From positions 1-41,318 of the IMG/VR virus record IMGVR_UViG_3300038797_000001: a stretch of DNA of 41,318 nt; one strand, written 5' to 3'. Made by a program: the position numbers and the translations under genes. Within the stretch, counting starts at the first letter, position 1, and each line of letters begins with the position of its first letter. Shown in pieces: positions 38,274 through 41,318 of the stretch. Below the pieces are notes generated by a model that had not been told where the DNA came from, ran no database searches, and saw only the letters and a program-made list of their open reading frames with translations. This DNA is from a virus.

Positions 38274-38343
38274 CCTCTATAGGCTCTCTCAGGTGCTCTA
38301 TAGGCTGTGTTGGGTTGTGGTGATGATTGTTGATAATTAGTGG

Positions 38344-38372
38344 TTGACAGCATCATTGAGGGTCTATAGGAT
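38344..38372 (+). promoter_or_regulatory. Host sigma70-type early promoter P1 (TTGACA, 17 nt, TAGGAT)
   Basis: -35 TTGACA at 38344-38349, 17-nt spacer, -10 TAGGAT at 38367-38372. AT-rich upstream sequence (TTGTTGATAATTAG). Position is analogous to T7 A1. Confidence 0.7.
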
Positions 38373-38504
38373 GGCTCCCATCAACAACGCAATGACCTAC
38401 GGGTTGTCGCTGAGTTGCTCAGAGGCTTAGTAGTCACTGACCAGCGATCCTACGGGTGCCAAAGGTCTTAAGGTGATGAACACCGAAGAGGTGAAACAAA
38501 GGGC

Positions 38505-38533
38505 TTGACAGCAACACTGGAACACGGCAACAT
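38505..38533 (+). promoter_or_regulatory. Host sigma70-type early promoter P2 (TTGACA, 17 nt, CAACAT), paralogue of P1
   Basis: Same -35 with extension (TTGACAGCA), same spacing, and the same ATCAACAACG box 7 nt after the -10 as in P1. Confidence 0.55.
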
Positions 38534-38849
38534 GCGCTCCATCAACAACGAAACACGCAACACGGTCACTGAACAGATGTCATGGGTAGGTGGCTTGGGA
38601 GAGGTCAAAGTCTCCAGCGTGGATCGAACGGGCACCATTGAGGCGGTCTTATAGACGCAGCACGGCACCCATACGCTCTTTAACAACTCGGAATGTAACA
38701 GCCTCAAGGGCGGGCACTCGGATAGCACATCGAGAACCCTTGAGGTAAGTGATTAGGAAGCACAGCAGAAGGTCTTCGTGACTGCATGCACAGGGTCTGG
38801 TTAGGGCCTTCGACTGTGATTCTCAACACACAACCGTAGAGGTGACGCC

Positions 38850-38957
38850 ATGGAAGCACTCGATGCAATGGATCTGGCTATCACAGGGATCGTCCTGATA
38901 CTGGGCACGATCATTGTGGTCTGTGCGATCCTCAGTATCTCAGAGGATATCGACTGA
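38850..38957 (+). CDS. First early gene: 35-aa single-pass membrane peptide (MEALDAMDLAITGIVLILGTIIVVCAILSISEDID); not in the ORF track
   Basis: GAGG lies 7 nt upstream. The stop TGA shares one nt with the next ATG (38957). Confidence 0.55.
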   Translation: MEALDAMDLAITGIVLILGTIIVVCAILSISEDID

Positions 38958-39208
38958 TGAGCACAGAACTGGATCGACTCAAAGCTGAGCTGGTAGAGGT
39001 CGAGCAGCGCCTTAAAGAAGCCACTGAGGCCCACAACAAGGCGCGGGACACCTTCAGCCGCTTTGAGGGCACCGCTGGTACACCTCTGTGGTGCAAGCTG
39101 CGTGATGAGGTAGACCACACACTGACACACCGCCGAGTCTTTAAGGTCATCTGGCACAGGATCTCAGCGGACATCTTAGAGCAACTCAACAAGGAACATG
39201 GGCAATGA
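38957..39208 (+). CDS. Early hypothetical protein (83 aa), N-terminal coiled coil
   Basis: Translationally coupled at both ends. No recognised motif. Confidence 0.7.
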   Translation: MSTELDRLKAELVEVEQRLKEATEAHNKARDTFSRFEGTAGTPLWCKLRDEVDHTLTHRRVFKVIWHRISADILEQLNKEHGQ

Positions 39209-39582
39209 ACCTGACCAACGAACAAATCCGGGCGAAGTACGACACCATGATCGCTGAGCGCCTCATAGGTGAACGCAAGGTGCTTCGCAAGCTGCTCAAC
39301 GCAATCCGTGGCAGCGGTTATCACTTCCGCATCAACAACGGCGAGGACTTCGAGACTGAGCACACTCAGGACGTCGAACTGGCCATGAGCAACTGCATGG
39401 CGACCGACGAGGACTACGTGGTGGTCTATCGGATCCGCCCTGATGATGGAACGTTCCAGCGCATTGGTAAATTCTGGCTGGTCTACGGGAACTCTCCAGA
39501 GGAAGTCATTGCGGACTACGGGACGAACGAGTCCATGGAGTCCATGTTTTCCCGCTGGTTCGATGAGGCAACCATTGAGTGA
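39205..39582 (+). CDS. Early hypothetical protein (125 aa), acidic
   Basis: ATGA overlap with the upstream ORF. No recognised motif. Confidence 0.72.
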   Translation: MNLTNEQIRAKYDTMIAERLIGERKVLRKLLNAIRGSGYHFRINNGEDFETEHTQDVELAMSNCMATDEDYVVVYRIRPDDGTFQRIGKFWLVYGNSPEEVIADYGTNESMESMFSRWFDEATIE

Positions 39583-39625
39583 TTCGCTGTAGGGTCTTCG
39601 CTGAGGACTCTATGGGAACAACTCA
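39580..39625 (+). repeat. 46-nt conserved intergenic element, copy 1; 13-bp hairpin 39587-39615 (candidate RNase III site)
   Basis: CTGTAGGGTCTTC gct GAGGACTCTATGG. 40 of 46 nt are identical to copy 2, and 4 of the 6 differences are compensatory. Confidence 0.7.
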
Positions 39626-39648
39626 ACCACTGACAAGAGGCAAGCACC

Positions 39649-40062
39649 ATGGCACTCACTCAACGCAAGACCGAAACGTTCGACTACAAGGGCACCGAAC
39701 TGAAGACCCGTCACTGGTACATGGACTGCGCCAAGGACATCGACAGCTCCTTGCGGCACCGCATGTACTACGCTCAGTTCTGCACTCCGCAGGTGATTGC
39801 GGTGGTGCGGGCTTCCTTCAGCGCTGAGCAGTGGGCCAAGATGATCAAGTCGTATCAGGCTGGCGATCATTACCTCAACGACTGCACACGGCTTGAGCAG
39901 TGGGATCGCATCGACGTTCGCCAGATGGTTGGCCGCATGGTCACCGAGAGCGCCTACGAGGACGCTCCGAAGGGCGTCATGTACTGGTCGCCAAGTCAGA
40001 ACACCTGCATCACCAAGGAAGCCGCTCGGATCATCATCGAGCGCTGGGAGGTGCCAGCATGA
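39649..40062 (+). CDS. Early hypothetical protein (137 aa)
   Basis: AAGAGG lies 8 nt upstream of the ATG. No recognised motif. Confidence 0.75.
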   Translation: MALTQRKTETFDYKGTELKTRHWYMDCAKDIDSSLRHRMYYAQFCTPQVIAVVRASFSAEQWAKMIKSYQAGDHYLNDCTRLEQWDRIDVRQMVGRMVTESAYEDAPKGVMYWSPSQNTCITKEAARIIIERWEVPA

Positions 40063-40286
40063 GAGACGCCAAGCGCTTGCAGATCCTGAAGTTCATCACT
40101 CAGACCCTCGAAGCAGAGGGCGTGGACTTCAGCATTGATCCTCACTGCCTGACTTTATCGCAGGCACAGGAACTCACTGAGTGGGCTGACTCAGTGCGAT
40201 ACAAGGGTTCCTCTTCAAGCAGTATGGGCCAAGGCCGACTGTTCTTCATGCACCTCAAGCGCTCCAAGGCGCTGATGGGCGAGTGA
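40059..40286 (+). CDS. Early hypothetical protein (75 aa)
   Basis: ATG 40059 overlaps the upstream TGA (ATGA). GGGAGG lies 7 nt upstream. The longer track version starting at 39900 was rejected. Confidence 0.65.
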   Translation: MRDAKRLQILKFITQTLEAEGVDFSIDPHCLTLSQAQELTEWADSVRYKGSSSSSMGQGRLFFMHLKRSKALMGE

Positions 40287-40329
40287 TTCACTGATGGGTC
40301 TTCTCTGAGGACTCATTGGGAACAACTCA
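40284..40329 (+). repeat. 46-nt conserved intergenic element, copy 2; hairpin 40291-40319
   Basis: CTGATGGGTCTTC tct GAGGACTCATTGG. See copy 1. Confidence 0.7.
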
Positions 40330-40353
40330 GTTCATAACCAAGGAGAAACACCA

Positions 40354-40722
40354 ATGCTTACCAACATCCTGATCGCCGCTGCCATCGTAATCATCTGGAT
40401 CATGTGCTCGGGCATCATCTGGCTCGGCCTCAAGGGTCTCCAAGAGGGCACGATCTACGACCGGATCAAGTACGACATGATGACCCCGGCCTTTCGTGGC
40501 ATGCTGGTCTTCTTCGCGCCGATCATCCTGATCAAAAAGCTGCTCCAATTCCTGCTGTCCATGTGGGCCTACATCCTGATCATTGCGGTCATTGTGTGGG
40601 GCTGCACGCTCCTGTTGGGCTGTCAGGTAAACGTGGTGACCGCACCTCATGCAACCTTCATGGTTGACTCTGTGACCGCTGAGAGCATCGATCAGGGCAT
40701 CTACGAACGCAACGCCGAGTGA
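40354..40722 (+). CDS. Early multi-pass membrane protein (122 aa, about 3 TM segments)
   Basis: AAGGAG RBS. Hydrophobic stretches are ILIAAAIVIIWIMCSGIIWLGL, GMLVFFAPIILI and WAYILIIAVIVWGCTLLLG. Confidence 0.78.
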   Translation: MLTNILIAAAIVIIWIMCSGIIWLGLKGLQEGTIYDRIKYDMMTPAFRGMLVFFAPIILIKKLLQFLLSMWAYILIIAVIVWGCTLLLGCQVNVVTAPHATFMVDSVTAESIDQGIYERNAE

Positions 40723-40729
40723 CGCAAGT

Positions 40730-40758
40730 ATTAGACCTGATGGGCTGTCGGGTCTAAT
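40730..40758 (+). other. Intergenic hairpin ATTAGACC / GGTCTAAT (8 bp, 13-nt loop), no U-tract
   Basis: Perfect inverted repeat. The loop shares CTGATGGG with the 46-nt element. Confidence 0.45.
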
Positions 40759-40812
40759 GCTGGATTCACTCCACATAGAACGTCTGACCAACCATAACCA
40801 TAAAGGTTCAAC

Positions 40813-41310
40813 ATGCAACGCTACAATCGTACCAACTTTGTTTCTGAGCGAGTTGCTCGGGGGATCGTAACGGCTATGACCGCCTGCTTAGCAGATGGTT
40901 TCGCCCACTACATCGAAGACCGTAAAGGCCAACGCTGGCTCCGTGTGGACGTCGTGCCTAACCTGAGTGGTCAAGGCTACACCTTTGAGTTCCTCGCCGG
41001 GAACGGTCAAGAGGTTGGGCCTCAGATCATGCAGGCCATCTTTAGCTGGTCGAAGGGAGCCGAACGGGCTTTCTCCGAGCTACTGAGCGAACTCTACACG
41101 CGTTTTGAGCATCCGTTAATCACTGCCCGACGAGCGGACTCTGAAGAATTGGATCCTGTCAATGGTGCAGATGCTCCAGTAGTGCAAAATAAACCTTCCA
41201 AATCATGGGGTAAAAGCCTCATTGAGCACTTGACGGTTGCTGCGTTAGGTGCCTGCGGCGGTGTCCTCTACTCGGTCGCTCGGGACTTCCTACCGGGAGT
41301 GCTGGTATGA
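40813..41310 (+). CDS. Early hypothetical protein (165 aa) with C-terminal hydrophobic segment; first gene of the coupled oxygenase operon
   Basis: Open frame in the track. Its stop overlaps the ATG of the next ORF (41307, equivalent to 116). Weak RBS (AAAGG). Confidence 0.7.
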   Translation: MQRYNRTNFVSERVARGIVTAMTACLADGFAHYIEDRKGQRWLRVDVVPNLSGQGYTFEFLAGNGQEVGPQIMQAIFSWSKGAERAFSELLSELYTRFEHPLITARRADSEELDPVNGADAPVVQNKPSKSWGKSLIEHLTVAALGACGGVLYSVARDFLPGVLV

Positions 41311-41318
41311 CCGCTAAA
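41192..41318. repeat. Second copy of the 127-bp assembly overlap (identical to 1..127)
   Basis: Identical sequence by direct comparison. Confidence 0.9.

Noticed and set aside
38396-38457. 9-nt direct repeat CCTACGGGT (38396 and 38449) and small hairpin CTGAG-ttg-CTCAG in the early leader, considered as an ncRNA
   Set aside because: They are too short to distinguish from chance, and no terminator or conserved structure is evident.
39579-39827. 82-aa track ORF starting inside the 46-nt intergenic element
   Set aside because: It starts within the conserved hairpin, has no SD, and overlaps out of frame with the well-supported ORF 39649..40062.

Overview
The window is a complete, circularly permuted genome of a T7-like podophage (Autographiviridae-type architecture). 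Bases 1..127 are identical to 41192..41318, so the unique length is 41,191 bp and the overlap looks like an assembly closure artefact. All credible genes are on the + strand; the long minus-strand ORFs are shadows of GC-rich + strand genes. In biological order the genome runs as follows. A non-coding concatemer-junction region with short-repeat arrays lies at 37707..38343. Tandem sigma70-type early promoters follow at 38344 and 38505. An ORFan-rich early region runs from 38850 to 41310 and continues at 116..1831; it includes a P4H-type 2OG-Fe(II) oxygenase. Next come the single-subunit RNA polymerase (1983..4637), a gp1.1-like ORF, DNA ligase and a strong early terminator (7053..7085). The DNA-metabolism module (7.2-17.4 kb) holds a dNMP kinase, a gp2-like host RNAP inhibitor, SSB, endonuclease I, amidase/lysozyme, a truncated CCA/poly(A)-polymerase-family nucleotidyltransferase, primase-helicase, DNA polymerase, a gp5.7-like ORF and the exonuclease. 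The structural/lysis/packaging module (17.4-37.3 kb) is colinear with T7 genes 6.5-19. Ten copies of a 23-bp phage-RNAP promoter (TAAAAACCCTCACTRTGGCTAC-like) are present. From memory this matches the consensus published for Pseudomonas phage gh-1, so a gh-1-like Pseudomonas phage is likely, but that cannot be verified here. Several short genes missing from the supplied ORF track (<60 aa) were recovered by hand: gp1.1-like, gp2-like, a gp19.5-position ORF and small membrane peptides. The items most worth follow-up are the translationally coupled early operon around the 2OG-Fe(II) oxygenase, the head-domain-only nucleotidyltransferase with its own promoter, a conserved early intergenic hairpin repeat showing compensatory substitutions, a phage promoter plus repeat-filled hairpin upstream of the RNAP gene, and the repeat architecture that probably brackets the terminal repeat. 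No tRNA, rRNA, CRISPR array, integrase or transposase was seen.
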